Of a stretch of DNA of 64,000 bases, positions 1-9,266 are shown piece after piece (within the stretch, counting starts at the first letter, position 1; each line of letters begins with the position of its first letter). The notes below the pieces were generated by a model. That model did not search any database, had not been told where the DNA came from, and worked only from the letters and a program-made list of their open reading frames with translations. This stretch comes from an uncultured virus (IMG/VR IMGVR_UViG_3300033752_000251) (taxonomy: Duplodnaviria > Heunggongvirae > Uroviricota > Caudoviricetes). The stretch is from the IMG/VR virus record IMGVR_UViG_3300033752_000251, one strand, 5' to 3'. The translations under genes were made by a program, and so were the position numbers.

Positions 1-48
1 TATATATTATCATTATAGTCAATAAATAATAGCAACATTGGAGGGTGA

Positions 49-591
49 ATGGTAATGAATTTCGAAAAGCTTCTTAAAATCGAAAAGTATAAAGTGTATC
101 ACTGGGATGTTGGAAATAATCTCAGAGGCGTACATGAAGGAACCAAAACCGTGGTGGTTAAAAATATCCTTACCGGATCTATAAATGGACCAATGGCAAG
201 AGTCGAATCATTGGAAACCGGAGAGGTTTTTGTATGTTCCGTCAAACATCTTCAACCCGATCCGGAGTTTCTGAAGGAAAAATACATATCTCTACTTAAG
301 CGTTGGAAAATATTTGGTTTCAAACCACGTCAATTATATGAGATCCATGATGAATTCCTGCGGTTTCATAGAGAGAAGATATTGAAGTACGTTATCATTG
401 TCGATTCTAAAAGTCTTTTCTGGGTTACCGTTATAGATAGTTGTGGACATGTTTGGACGTGTAACAGATATTTCATCAAAGATCTCGATAGCGATAGAAG
501 GTTTTTCGGTCGTAGAGAAAAAATCCCCAGTGATCTAGCTAATTTTCTCTTTGATTCGGAAAAACCTGTTAACGAAGGTCTTATTTTCTAG
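49..591 (+). CDS. hypothetical phage protein
   Basis: 180-aa ORF with GGAGG SD and TATATATTAT motif at 1-10; hairpin plus T-run follows. Confidence 0.7.
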   Translation: MVMNFEKLLKIEKYKVYHWDVGNNLRGVHEGTKTVVVKNILTGSINGPMARVESLETGEVFVCSVKHLQPDPEFLKEKYISLLKRWKIFGFKPRQLYEIHDEFLRFHREKILKYVIIVDSKSLFWVTVIDSCGHVWTCNRYFIKDLDSDRRFFGRREKIPSDLANFLFDSEKPVNEGLIF

Positions 592-640
592 GTGGGGTGG
601 GACAAACCACCCCCCTAACTTTTTTTATCTTTTAATCGTT

Positions 641-650
641 TATATATTAT
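641..650 (+). promoter_or_regulatory. putative early promoter motif TATATATTAT (representative; also + 1, 5969, 9218, 40677, 49544, 54619, 58049, 58108, 59797, 63160; - 33349, 35891, 48886)
   Basis: same 10-mer recurs in intergenic DNA just upstream of genes in the matching orientation; resembles AR9/phiKZ early promoter consensus. Confidence 0.75.
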
Positions 651-726
651 TTCAAGGTCTAGAAATTAAATAATAAAACCTGCTTAACTGTACATTAAGA
701 GATGTGTCAGAGGGAGGAATGGTTAG

Positions 727-2142
727 ATGGGTAAAACTGTACAATTGAAGAAAATTAGTTGGGATGAACAATGTGAAATTAGTTTTATTACCGGAAACGG
801 TTTTGAAGTTACGGATTACGCATTCATAAAAAATAAAGAAGAAAAATCATTCAATGGTATTCAATCGCCTAGGTTTGCGACCGATTGGGAAGACGAAGAT
901 GCATTCTCGGAAAGATATAGCTGTAGATGTAAGGAACTTAAAGGTCGTGTATACGAAGGCGAGGTATGTAAAATTTGTGGACATAAAGTAATCTTTCGTG
1001 ACGTGAATATGAAAGTTACCGGTTGGATTAAACTCGGCGATTATGCTATTATTCAACCGTTGTTCTATAGAATGCTTAAAGTCGCCATTGGCGATAAAGC
1101 TTTCAGTGAAATCATTGAATACGACAAAGAAATCACCAGAGATGGTGAAATTATTAGCAAGAAAGGAAAAAGTCCATTTAAAGGTATTGGGTTGATCGAG
1201 TTTCGTGAAAGATTCGAAGAGATTATGGATTATTTCTACGAAAAGAAGAAGAATAAACAAACGGAACTTTTCGATGAGATTATGAGGGATAAGGACAAAG
1301 TTTTTGCATCTTGTATCCCGGTATACTCGTCGGTTCTTCGACCGGTCTCGTTTAGAGGTGAAAACTTCTTCTTTAGTAGCTTTGATAGAAAATATGAAAC
1401 GATCTTTGCATTAAGTAGACTTCTTCATGATGAGTCTCTCCTGACGACTCGTCAGAGGAAAAAGAAAGAAAAACTCGGAGAAGCTGTAACCTTGTCTGTA
1501 ATTCAAAAGAAAGTTAATGAACTTTGGCAACTTGTATTCAATCAAGTTAACCAAAAAGATGGGCATATCAGGTATCAGCTTCTTGGTGGTCGAATCAACT
1601 TTTCTGCAAGAAACGTTGTTATCCCCGATCCAACTTTGAGAGCAGATGAAATTCGTCTGGGGTATTTAACGTTCCTCGAATTGTACAAATATGAGATAAT
1701 TGCTCTTCTGGCCAAAATGGAGAGAATTACTCATAACGAAGCATATGAGGAATGGTATAAGGCAACAATAAACTTCGACCCTAAGATCTATGAAGTGATG
1801 ATGTACATCGTTAAGAAATGGAAACCGGCTATGATCATTAACCGGAATCCAACCATTAACTATGGATCGGTACTCTGTATGAAAGTTATTGACATTAAAC
1901 GTGCACACGAAGAGGATTATACCATGTCGATTCCGATTCAAGTTCTCACTGTCTTGAACGCGGACTTCGATGGTGACGTTCTCAATATTGTGTCACTGAA
2001 AACGAAAGAACTGAAAAAGGCGTTCAGGGCATTTAATCCGAGACTTAATATGTTCATTTCTAGGAACGACGGGTTGTTTAACAATGAATTCAATCTTCTT
2101 AAAGACCAATTGATTGGTCTTTACGAGTTCAATAATATTTGA
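727..2142 (+). CDS. DNA-directed RNA polymerase beta' subunit, N-terminal/catalytic split piece (probably non-virion RNAP)
   Basis: Zn finger CRC..CKIC, LLGGRINFSARNVV, NRNPT and catalytic NADFDGD. Confidence 0.93.
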   Translation: MGKTVQLKKISWDEQCEISFITGNGFEVTDYAFIKNKEEKSFNGIQSPRFATDWEDEDAFSERYSCRCKELKGRVYEGEVCKICGHKVIFRDVNMKVTGWIKLGDYAIIQPLFYRMLKVAIGDKAFSEIIEYDKEITRDGEIISKKGKSPFKGIGLIEFRERFEEIMDYFYEKKKNKQTELFDEIMRDKDKVFASCIPVYSSVLRPVSFRGENFFFSSFDRKYETIFALSRLLHDESLLTTRQRKKKEKLGEAVTLSVIQKKVNELWQLVFNQVNQKDGHIRYQLLGGRINFSARNVVIPDPTLRADEIRLGYLTFLELYKYEIIALLAKMERITHNEAYEEWYKATINFDPKIYEVMMYIVKKWKPAMIINRNPTINYGSVLCMKVIDIKRAHEEDYTMSIPIQVLTVLNADFDGDVLNIVSLKTKELKKAFRAFNPRLNMFISRNDGLFNNEFNLLKDQLIGLYEFNNI

Positions 2143-2173
2143 GGATAAGAGTTTTCTCTTATCCTCTTTTTTA
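2141..2173 (+). terminator. intrinsic terminator
   Basis: GAGGATAAGAG/CTCTTATCCTC stem followed by T-run. Confidence 0.8.
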
Positions 2174-2199
2174 TCCTATTATTTTGAAGGGAGAAAAAA

Positions 2200-2631
2200 A
2201 TGGACTTGACGGAAGCTCTTATAATAGCAGCAAATGCTCATAAAGGACAGGTTGATAAAGGTGGAGAGCAATATATTCTCCATCCAATTAGAGTTATGAC
2301 AAAATGTGATACTGATGAAGAAAGAATCGTTGCTCTTTTACATGATGTCGTTGAAGATACTAATATAACCATTGATAATCTCAGAGAATATGGTTTTTCT
2401 GAGGAAGTTATTAACGCAATTGATTGTCTCACGAGAAGACCTAACGAATCTTACGATGACTTTATTATGAGAGTGAAAACCAACGAATTAGCTACTAAAA
2501 TAAAAATTTTTGATATTGAAGACAATATGATTACTAAGCGTTTGAAAGAAATTACTGAAAAAGATCTGAAAAGATTAAATAAATATTCCATTGCTCTACA
2601 AATGTTGGTGGGCGAAAAAAGACCAGAATAA
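2200..2631 (+). CDS. HD-domain (p)ppGpp hydrolase-like protein (small alarmone hydrolase/Mesh1-like)
   Basis: AHKGQ..YILHP, ALLHDVVEDT and K.FDIEDN motifs of the HD_4 family. Confidence 0.85.
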   Translation: MDLTEALIIAANAHKGQVDKGGEQYILHPIRVMTKCDTDEERIVALLHDVVEDTNITIDNLREYGFSEEVINAIDCLTRRPNESYDDFIMRVKTNELATKIKIFDIEDNMITKRLKEITEKDLKRLNKYSIALQMLVGEKRPE

Positions 2632-2651
2632 ACATAGGAGGATATAGTACA

Positions 2652-4031
2652 ATGGCATCTGATTTCAGTTATTCAATGGAACAGTCGTTACTCAAGTTGG
2701 TGAACGAGGTACATCCTGAATATGAAGTTTGTCTTGAAAAAGGCGAATATCAAAGAATTGAATTTTATGTTCATCGAGAAGAAATAATGAAAGAAATTAT
2801 GAAAAAATTCAAATTTAAGGATATAGGTAACGTTTATAAATATGCCGATACGCTTCCACAGCCTAGCGAAGTTAACATTTTTGACATGTCGATCAATTTC
2901 GATAACTTTCATCGTATTGCAGTATCCAAAAAGATAAATTCAATTCTCTTCTATACAACTAAGAACTTTTCGATCTATTGTGTGTTTTTAGTAGATACAG
3001 ATTATCTTAGGAAATTTTCTAAAAATATCAAGAAACTTCTTAGGCAAGATTCAACCAAGAACTTATTTAAGGATATCGATTTCAAGTGTAGTGCTGGTGA
3101 GTATATCGAAATTACTGATAATGACGATGAGCCCATTAGACCAGTTGCTGCAATTAAGAAAAAAGTAGCGGATGAAAATCTTGTATTTGAGGAAAACTCC
3201 CCTCTTAGTGAAGTCATGAATGATATTGAGATCTTTTTCAGGGACGAAACTAAGAGAATTTATGAAAAAATGCAGATTCCATATAAGCGAGGAATCATCC
3301 TCTATGGCGACCCTGGTAATGGGAAGAGCGCAACTATTCGTGAAATCATTAGACGCTTGCCCAAAATCACTAAAATTGTTATTACTCGAGTTAGAAATCT
3401 TCCGAAGATTTTGTCTTCTTTAGTGAAAGCGTTAGATGGAAAGAAAGCAATCATTATCATCGAAGACTTTGATTCGTTTGTCAATGAACGTAATCGATCC
3501 GAATTACTGAATATTCTTGACGGTATTGAAGTTAAATCTGGCATATTCTTCATCGGAACTACTAATTACCCTGATAAAATTGACCCAGCATTTATGAATA
3601 GGTCCGGTCGTTTCGACCGTACTTATAAGATCGACAATCCGTCGGAATTAACCCGGAGATATTACTTTGAAAGCCGTAAAATCGGGGACATCCTCGCTGA
3701 ATACAAAACTTTCAAAAATGATAACATTCCAGACAGCGATGATGGTGTGGTTGAACTTTTCGTGAAATATAGCGAAGGTTTCCCTATGGCATCTCTGAAA
3801 GAGCTCATGACGACAGTCCGATATATTTTGGCCGGTAATCAAGAGTTGACTATAGAAGAGGCTCTTGAGAAAGCAAGGGAGATCTTAATCTCTAGTAGAG
3901 AAGCACATTTGAAAATGTTTAAGAATCGTTCCGACTCTGCAATGAGGTTTGTCAATAAATATCGTATGTCTTCTCCTGAAGAGACCCACTCCGGCGCGTA
4001 CGGTTACGATGATGACGACGACGATGAATAA
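2652..4031 (+). CDS. AAA+ ATPase
   Basis: Walker A GDPGNGKS, Walker B IIIIED, SRH TTN..DPAFMNRSGRFDR. Confidence 0.9.
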   Translation: MASDFSYSMEQSLLKLVNEVHPEYEVCLEKGEYQRIEFYVHREEIMKEIMKKFKFKDIGNVYKYADTLPQPSEVNIFDMSINFDNFHRIAVSKKINSILFYTTKNFSIYCVFLVDTDYLRKFSKNIKKLLRQDSTKNLFKDIDFKCSAGEYIEITDNDDEPIRPVAAIKKKVADENLVFEENSPLSEVMNDIEIFFRDETKRIYEKMQIPYKRGIILYGDPGNGKSATIREIIRRLPKITKIVITRVRNLPKILSSLVKALDGKKAIIIIEDFDSFVNERNRSELLNILDGIEVKSGIFFIGTTNYPDKIDPAFMNRSGRFDRTYKIDNPSELTRRYYFESRKIGDILAEYKTFKNDNIPDSDDGVVELFVKYSEGFPMASLKELMTTVRYILAGNQELTIEEALEKAREILISSREAHLKMFKNRSDSAMRFVNKYRMSSPEETHSGAYGYDDDDDDE

Positions 4032-4079
4032 AATGATGATGAGAAGTAGAGAAAACTCTACTTCTCATCATCATTTTTT
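4030..4079. terminator. long perfect hairpin terminator
   Basis: about 21-bp inverted repeat with AAAA loop and T-run. Confidence 0.8.
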
Positions 4080-4135
4080 CAATTAATTTTTACAGGTACA
4101 ATATGGTAAAAAATAAAAACTATGGGTGGTAAGAC

Positions 4136-4357
4136 ATGATGGAAGCTACTGAAGAGAAAATCCTTTCAATTAATACAGAGCCTGGCTACATCGTTATTGG
4201 AATTGGCAATATTAATTTGAAATTACCTGCAACCGGTACATTGGAAGATATGCATAATACGGCCAAATTATTTATCGAAGAACTGTTTTCTGTCAATGGT
4301 GTGAAGGAAGTTCTGGATAAATATGGTGTTATTATTGAAGAAAAAGTAATTAATTAA
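4136..4357 (+). CDS. hypothetical protein
   Basis: 73-aa ORF with SD-like GGTGG. Confidence 0.6.
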   Translation: MMEATEEKILSINTEPGYIVIGIGNINLKLPATGTLEDMHNTAKLFIEELFSVNGVKEVLDKYGVIIEEKVIN

Positions 4358-4381
4358 TTAATAAATAAGGAGCCGATTTAT

Positions 4382-5101
4382 ATGCAGCCACAATATGCCT
4401 CACTTAAATTCTTTCTTGACGGTTTTAAGCCAGCAATTATATTCAAGAATAATGAGAAAGAATTTGTTAACAGTTTAAGAGAGAAAGGCTTTCCTTTTAT
4501 CAAGTTGGATAGGGGATTCATGATCTTTTTTCAAACTCGTGATATGATGATCGAGTTTGAAAATAAGATGAGAGAAGGTCGAAAGAAAGGTAGAGCTTTC
4601 GATATGAATATGGCAATAGGAGAAGCCTTAGGGCTTCCTCCTAGTGCGGCAGAATTGTTTGCAAAGGGAGAGGGACAAAACTGGCTCGTTATAAACTTTT
4701 ATGGGTTAGTGTTTAATACCAGAGAGGAATTGGTTGAAGAAAATCTCAGGTGGTTGAAAAAGCGTTATAAAGTACCCAAAGATTATCCTGGCACGATTGA
4801 GGTTATTGATAAACGTGAGACGGTTTATACGCTTAGTCTTAAGGATATCAATAACTTCAAAATAATTCCCGGAACTAATTTGTTTGGTAATAAAATGGCC
4901 CCAATCTTTCAAGTTACAATTATGCCCAATCTCGTAATGACCACGGTGTACAACGGTGTTGATTCAGAAAAGGCACTTAAAGCATTTAATCGTCATAAGA
5001 AAGAAAAACCCCAGTTGGATGTTTGGGTAGCAGATAAATTACATTCTTCATTTAATCTTAACAGCATAAAAGAATTCAAAGATAAATTTAATAATAATTA
5101 A
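4382..5101 (+). CDS. hypothetical protein
   Basis: 239-aa ORF, AAGGAG SD. Confidence 0.75.
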   Translation: MQPQYASLKFFLDGFKPAIIFKNNEKEFVNSLREKGFPFIKLDRGFMIFFQTRDMMIEFENKMREGRKKGRAFDMNMAIGEALGLPPSAAELFAKGEGQNWLVINFYGLVFNTREELVEENLRWLKKRYKVPKDYPGTIEVIDKRETVYTLSLKDINNFKIIPGTNLFGNKMAPIFQVTIMPNLVMTTVYNGVDSEKALKAFNRHKKEKPQLDVWVADKLHSSFNLNSIKEFKDKFNNN

Positions 5102-5121
5102 CTATTTTTAATGAAGGGAAG

Positions 5122-5649
5122 ATGATAAACATGGCAAACATGTATAAAATCTATGCCCTTTACTCCAAGACGAGGAAAGTTTGCTATCTTCATGATCAGA
5201 GCCACAATGAGTTCTGGTCCCTGTATCTCAGATTCAAATATCCCAATGACAAGTGGTTTGTGATCGATACGGATTCGATTGTCTATATCGATCTGATGCA
5301 AAATAAAGAAGAAAGAGAACGCACAAAATTTATTAATCTTTACGATGACAAAGATTTTTATGCATTCAGGATCAAGAAGCAGATACTGGATGCACGTGAT
5401 ATGATGGCAAAAGAGTTCCTCAAAACAAAAATGGATGTTAAAGCAAACGATCTCTTCCTTGTCTTCAGATCTTCGCGTGGTGAGGCTGTTGTTTTATATA
5501 ATGGCCCGGATATCGATAGTGCTTTCGATATCTATGAAAGTAGAACCGGATGCGAAGGTGTTGAGTTTTGGAGAGATGGAAAGTTTATGGATACCCTGTA
5601 TACTAAAGATGACTATTATAGAAAATATCAAGCACAAAAAACTTCATAA
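5122..5649 (+). CDS. hypothetical protein
   Basis: 175-aa ORF; C-terminal YNG.D...W..K module resembles that of the previous gene. Confidence 0.7.
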   Translation: MINMANMYKIYALYSKTRKVCYLHDQSHNEFWSLYLRFKYPNDKWFVIDTDSIVYIDLMQNKEERERTKFINLYDDKDFYAFRIKKQILDARDMMAKEFLKTKMDVKANDLFLVFRSSRGEAVVLYNGPDIDSAFDIYESRTGCEGVEFWRDGKFMDTLYTKDDYYRKYQAQKTS

Positions 5650-5698
5650 ATAATAAAAAAATTATATAATTTTTTTATTATTTATGGAACTATTTAGT

Positions 5699-5937
5699 AA
5701 CCAGGACGGTCACCGGGTGTTTCGGCGGATGGCCGAGCGAAGCCCTCATGCGGTATTGCGGCACTTCCCGGAGCTGTCTGGGTTAGCGGGGATCGGTCGC
5801 TGCCCTGCGACCCGCTTTCCTGACGGCTATTTTTGCTGCGACCTCGTGCGCATAGACGGGCGCGATGGACGGTTTCCGGTGGCCGCCTGGTCGATTAAAA
5901 CTTTGATCACTAACGTTGAAGCGTTAGTGATTTTTTT
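5699..5937 (+). ncRNA. putative structured non-coding RNA (about 190-nt rod plus terminator)
   Basis: GC-rich island; 5' ACCAGG-A-CGGTCACCGG pairs with 3' CCGGTGGCCG-CCTGGT; nested helices with G-U pairs on + strand; AACT-N6-TA motif at 5688-5699; terminator 5906-5937. Confidence 0.75.
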
Positions 5938-6024
5938 AGTGTTTTTTTGTAAATTTAGTTTATAAAAATATATATTATAAACGTGAATATCAATAATAAA
6001 TAAATTCTTAGGAGGAAAATCTTC

Positions 6025-6585
6025 ATGGGAATTATTAAAATTGAAAAACCTATTTATTATAAAGATCGTTTTAAGGGAGCTTTTATACTCATTGAATATA
6101 ATGATGAGAATGGAATATTCGTTCTCGAAGAATTGCAAAGCCATCGCAGAGAAAATTTAGATTCTATCTTCTATGGTGGCATTCATGTTAACAAAACGTT
6201 CGATACAACTTCGACCCAACGAGAAGAAATTTTCAGATATTTGTATTCAATCGGTGTTAGGGCTATAGCTAGAGTCCCATTCAATCTCGCTATAGAACTA
6301 TTGTATTATAAAGCCGAAAAAGTCCAAAATCTTATCAGGCGGCTGAAAGAAATTGAAACAGATGATAATATCGTCTCCAAAGCCAATCTCATCGAAGATC
6401 CTGATGGTGAATTGAATGACTTATGCTGCGAAGCAATTTTCACTTATCAGGGATTGGCTCATCCTAAAGCTTTACAGACGCTGGAAGAGGCTGGATTTGA
6501 AGTGGTCATCATGAAAAAGGATCACTTTGGTATGCGTATTGGAGGCATTATGACAGAGAAAGGTATCGTTCAATTCTTTAAATAA
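6025..6585 (+). CDS. hypothetical protein
   Basis: AGGAGG SD, early motif at 5969. Confidence 0.75.
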   Translation: MGIIKIEKPIYYKDRFKGAFILIEYNDENGIFVLEELQSHRRENLDSIFYGGIHVNKTFDTTSTQREEIFRYLYSIGVRAIARVPFNLAIELLYYKAEKVQNLIRRLKEIETDDNIVSKANLIEDPDGELNDLCCEAIFTYQGLAHPKALQTLEEAGFEVVIMKKDHFGMRIGGIMTEKGIVQFFK

Positions 6586-6666
6586 GATAAACAAACCTTA
6601 CCTGATGGGTAAGGTTTGTTTTTTTCTTTTAACTCACAAAAACAATATTTAAAAGGAGTGATCGAA

Positions 6667-7893
6667 ATGGAGATAGCGGTAGCTCACATGTCACTTGCTC
6701 ATACATTCGGCAATATGACCGCTTTTATAACGGAATATATTAAAAAATTATTTCCTAAGAACTATTTCAATACGGTGAACATATCCTCGACAGCAGCGTT
6801 TAGATATTTCAATATTTTCGATAACACCAATAAAGAATTTATTAAGAGAAGAAAACCAATGCTTATTGTAAGACCTAGAATTGAATCTAATGATGATGCT
6901 TTTCTTGCAGGAACCCTCCTTACATCTAGAATAACCGATAATTATATTGACTTGGATTATGGAAACCTGCAACCATTCTTTGAAGATAAAGACAATAATA
7001 CTCATATTAAATTCTTAATGAATCGTATGAGAATGAATTTTGATTGTACAATTATAGTTGAACAGCAAATGGAACAAATTAATCAATATTTTTATTTGAA
7101 AAACGTGATAAGGCATGAGCATCCATTCTATATAAATACATTTCTCGAAAGTAACATCCATAGAAATTTGATCAAAGGTGTGGCATGTGTTGCCGGAATA
7201 GATAGAGATGATATTAAATCCATTTTGGACTATTTCAATAAATGCTCTTTATATCCTCTTACCTATAAGATGAAGAATTCTACAGGAAATGATGAGTTTT
7301 TCAGATATTATCCTGCTACAGTCGATGCTATGTTCACCGGTCTTTCTATGGATGATGGATCTAAGAGGGGATTTGTTGCCGACTCCTATGCAATTAATTT
7401 CACCGTTACCACTGAATTCAATACATCCGGTTTGTATTATTTCTTTACTGAAAGAAAGGATATTATTGAGCAAATTGAATTCGATATTGAGAACGACAAT
7501 AAGATCATTCCCATTTTCACTATAAATAATCTTTACAATCTAGTCGAACCTCCTGCGGGGTGGGAGCTCTATATTGCACCACTATTTAAGGTTTCGACAA
7601 ATAGAACTCCCGACACGTTGGATGTTTCACATTTAATCAATGATGGAATTAAGAATTGCATTAAATATTATCTTAAACAAGGTATTTCTATGGATTCACT
7701 TATAAAAGTTTTTGTTTTCAAAGATAATGATGTTCTTGATAATGAAACCGACTACAGTTTTGATTACGAAAATCTCATCCTTACTGTAAATAAGACTAAC
7801 ACAGTGTCTACCTATAGGATGTTGATGTATATTAATCTTTTCCTTATCAATGATTTAATTGCCAGGATTCACAAGATCGACGAAGAAAAATAA
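6667..7893 (+). CDS. hypothetical protein, possibly virion structural
   Basis: long ORF; likely start at ATG 6667 after AAGGAG. Confidence 0.65.
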   Translation: MEIAVAHMSLAHTFGNMTAFITEYIKKLFPKNYFNTVNISSTAAFRYFNIFDNTNKEFIKRRKPMLIVRPRIESNDDAFLAGTLLTSRITDNYIDLDYGNLQPFFEDKDNNTHIKFLMNRMRMNFDCTIIVEQQMEQINQYFYLKNVIRHEHPFYINTFLESNIHRNLIKGVACVAGIDRDDIKSILDYFNKCSLYPLTYKMKNSTGNDEFFRYYPATVDAMFTGLSMDDGSKRGFVADSYAINFTVTTEFNTSGLYYFFTERKDIIEQIEFDIENDNKIIPIFTINNLYNLVEPPAGWELYIAPLFKVSTNRTPDTLDVSHLINDGIKNCIKYYLKQGISMDSLIKVFVFKDNDVLDNETDYSFDYENLILTVNKTNTVSTYRMLMYINLFLINDLIARIHKIDEEK

Positions 7894-7992
7894 AAATATA
7901 CGTGCTAGCGCGTCCATAAGCTAGCACGTATATTTTTATTTTTTAAATTACAGAAAACTAATAGGGTATTTTCCGGAAGGAGATAGCGCTTC

Positions 7993-8547
7993 ATGAATAC
8001 TTTATCAGGAGACGAACAAAGGATAAATATACCTAACTACATAATATTTGGCTCAGATGAAATGGTCGTAGATTCTGGGTCATTTGATAAATTTATCATC
8101 GACAATGGTTTTAATGTACTTGGTAAATATAACTTGGGTGTATATTTGGGTCTTCCCGACGGGTGGACATATAGCAAAATCACTGATTATGAGGATTGTA
8201 TTTTAGATAATGAAGGTAGACCGAGATTACTCATTGAGCATAAAAGACGTCAGGTAAAGATTTTACCATACTATAGCTATAGAATCATAGTAGATTACAC
8301 TTATGATAAAGATAGAAAAACAGTGGAACCTACTAATATTATGATGAAAATCATTAGTATAAATTGTGATAACAATACTTGCTTAGAGTCTATTTCCCTT
8401 AATGATCTTATCAATTTTAAAGCATATTCGTATAATATTAATGCCAACAGAGGAGCAAATTTCATGAATTCCCTTAAGATACACGCGGAGGGTATAATGA
8501 ATGTAAAATATCCCAATTGGAAAAATCCATTAAAATATTGGAAATAA
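7993..8547 (+). CDS. hypothetical protein (paralog of next gene)
   Basis: LPDGW...D.EGRPR and terminal YPNWKNPLKYW. Confidence 0.7.
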   Translation: MNTLSGDEQRINIPNYIIFGSDEMVVDSGSFDKFIIDNGFNVLGKYNLGVYLGLPDGWTYSKITDYEDCILDNEGRPRLLIEHKRRQVKILPYYSYRIIVDYTYDKDRKTVEPTNIMMKIISINCDNNTCLESISLNDLINFKAYSYNINANRGANFMNSLKIHAEGIMNVKYPNWKNPLKYWK

Positions 8548-8627
8548 TAATTAGTTAGATATGTATGAGTGAATACATATCTATTTTTTTTTTATTTTTC
8601 CAAATGGAAATTGGAGGTATAAAAACT

Positions 8628-9194
8628 ATGAAAGAAGAAACTCTTAAAATATTGGGCAGTTATGAGATTGCTTTCAATAGAATGGAGAATAGGCATATAT
8701 TGAACTTTAAAACTGTAATTCCTAGTCAACCAGCAAATGAGAGATTTTTTACTATATTAATAATGAACGATTTTAAAGTGCTTTCCTTAAATAATAAGAC
8801 TGCCGAAGTGCTATTACCTGAAAGATGGATTCATGTTAAAACTGGTAAACATACTGAGGAATTGGTTGATGCTTTTGGAAGAATTAGGGCTGAAATCAAC
8901 ACAAAAGAAAACAGCATAAAATTTCTTAAAAGGTTTAATTATCAGTTGGAAATTATACGGAAAGATGGTGCTATCCCTAGAGTCATTATGCATTTTACTG
9001 ATGCTGGTAAAAAGTCAATTGAGACGTCTTTTGAGATTGATATAGCGAAAATTCTTCCATATGATGAAGTACAAACATTGGTATTTAATTGGGACACAAT
9101 GATGGATAAACTCTACGAAGGATTATGTATGGAGGCAGAAAGAATTTTAACCGAAGAATTTCCTGAGTGGAGAAATGAAATAGCATATTGGTAA
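8628..9194 (+). CDS. hypothetical protein (paralog of previous gene)
   Basis: LPERW...DAFGRIR and terminal FPEWRNEIAYW; GGAGGT SD before ATG 8628. Confidence 0.7.
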   Translation: MKEETLKILGSYEIAFNRMENRHILNFKTVIPSQPANERFFTILIMNDFKVLSLNNKTAEVLLPERWIHVKTGKHTEELVDAFGRIRAEINTKENSIKFLKRFNYQLEIIRKDGAIPRVIMHFTDAGKKSIETSFEIDIAKILPYDEVQTLVFNWDTMMDKLYEGLCMEAERILTEEFPEWRNEIAYW

Positions 9195-9266
9195 TAAATA
9201 ATAAAAGTAGGTTAAAATATATATTATTAGCGTAATAAGATTCGAACCTTGTGGAGGTAAAAAATA

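Noticed and set aside
49..726. Chimallin (phage nucleus shell) next to the beta' gene
   Set aside because: Adjacent ORFs are only 180 and 143 aa and no candidate was recognised; it cannot be excluded elsewhere in the genome
727..2142. Introns or inteins in RNAP, topoisomerase, helicase or RecA genes
   Set aside because: Motif spacing is continuous; no intein termini or homing endonuclease motifs seen
5684..5965. 93-aa ORF over the GC island
   Set aside because: No SD, starts in an AT palindrome and runs through a terminator; base pairing explains the composition better
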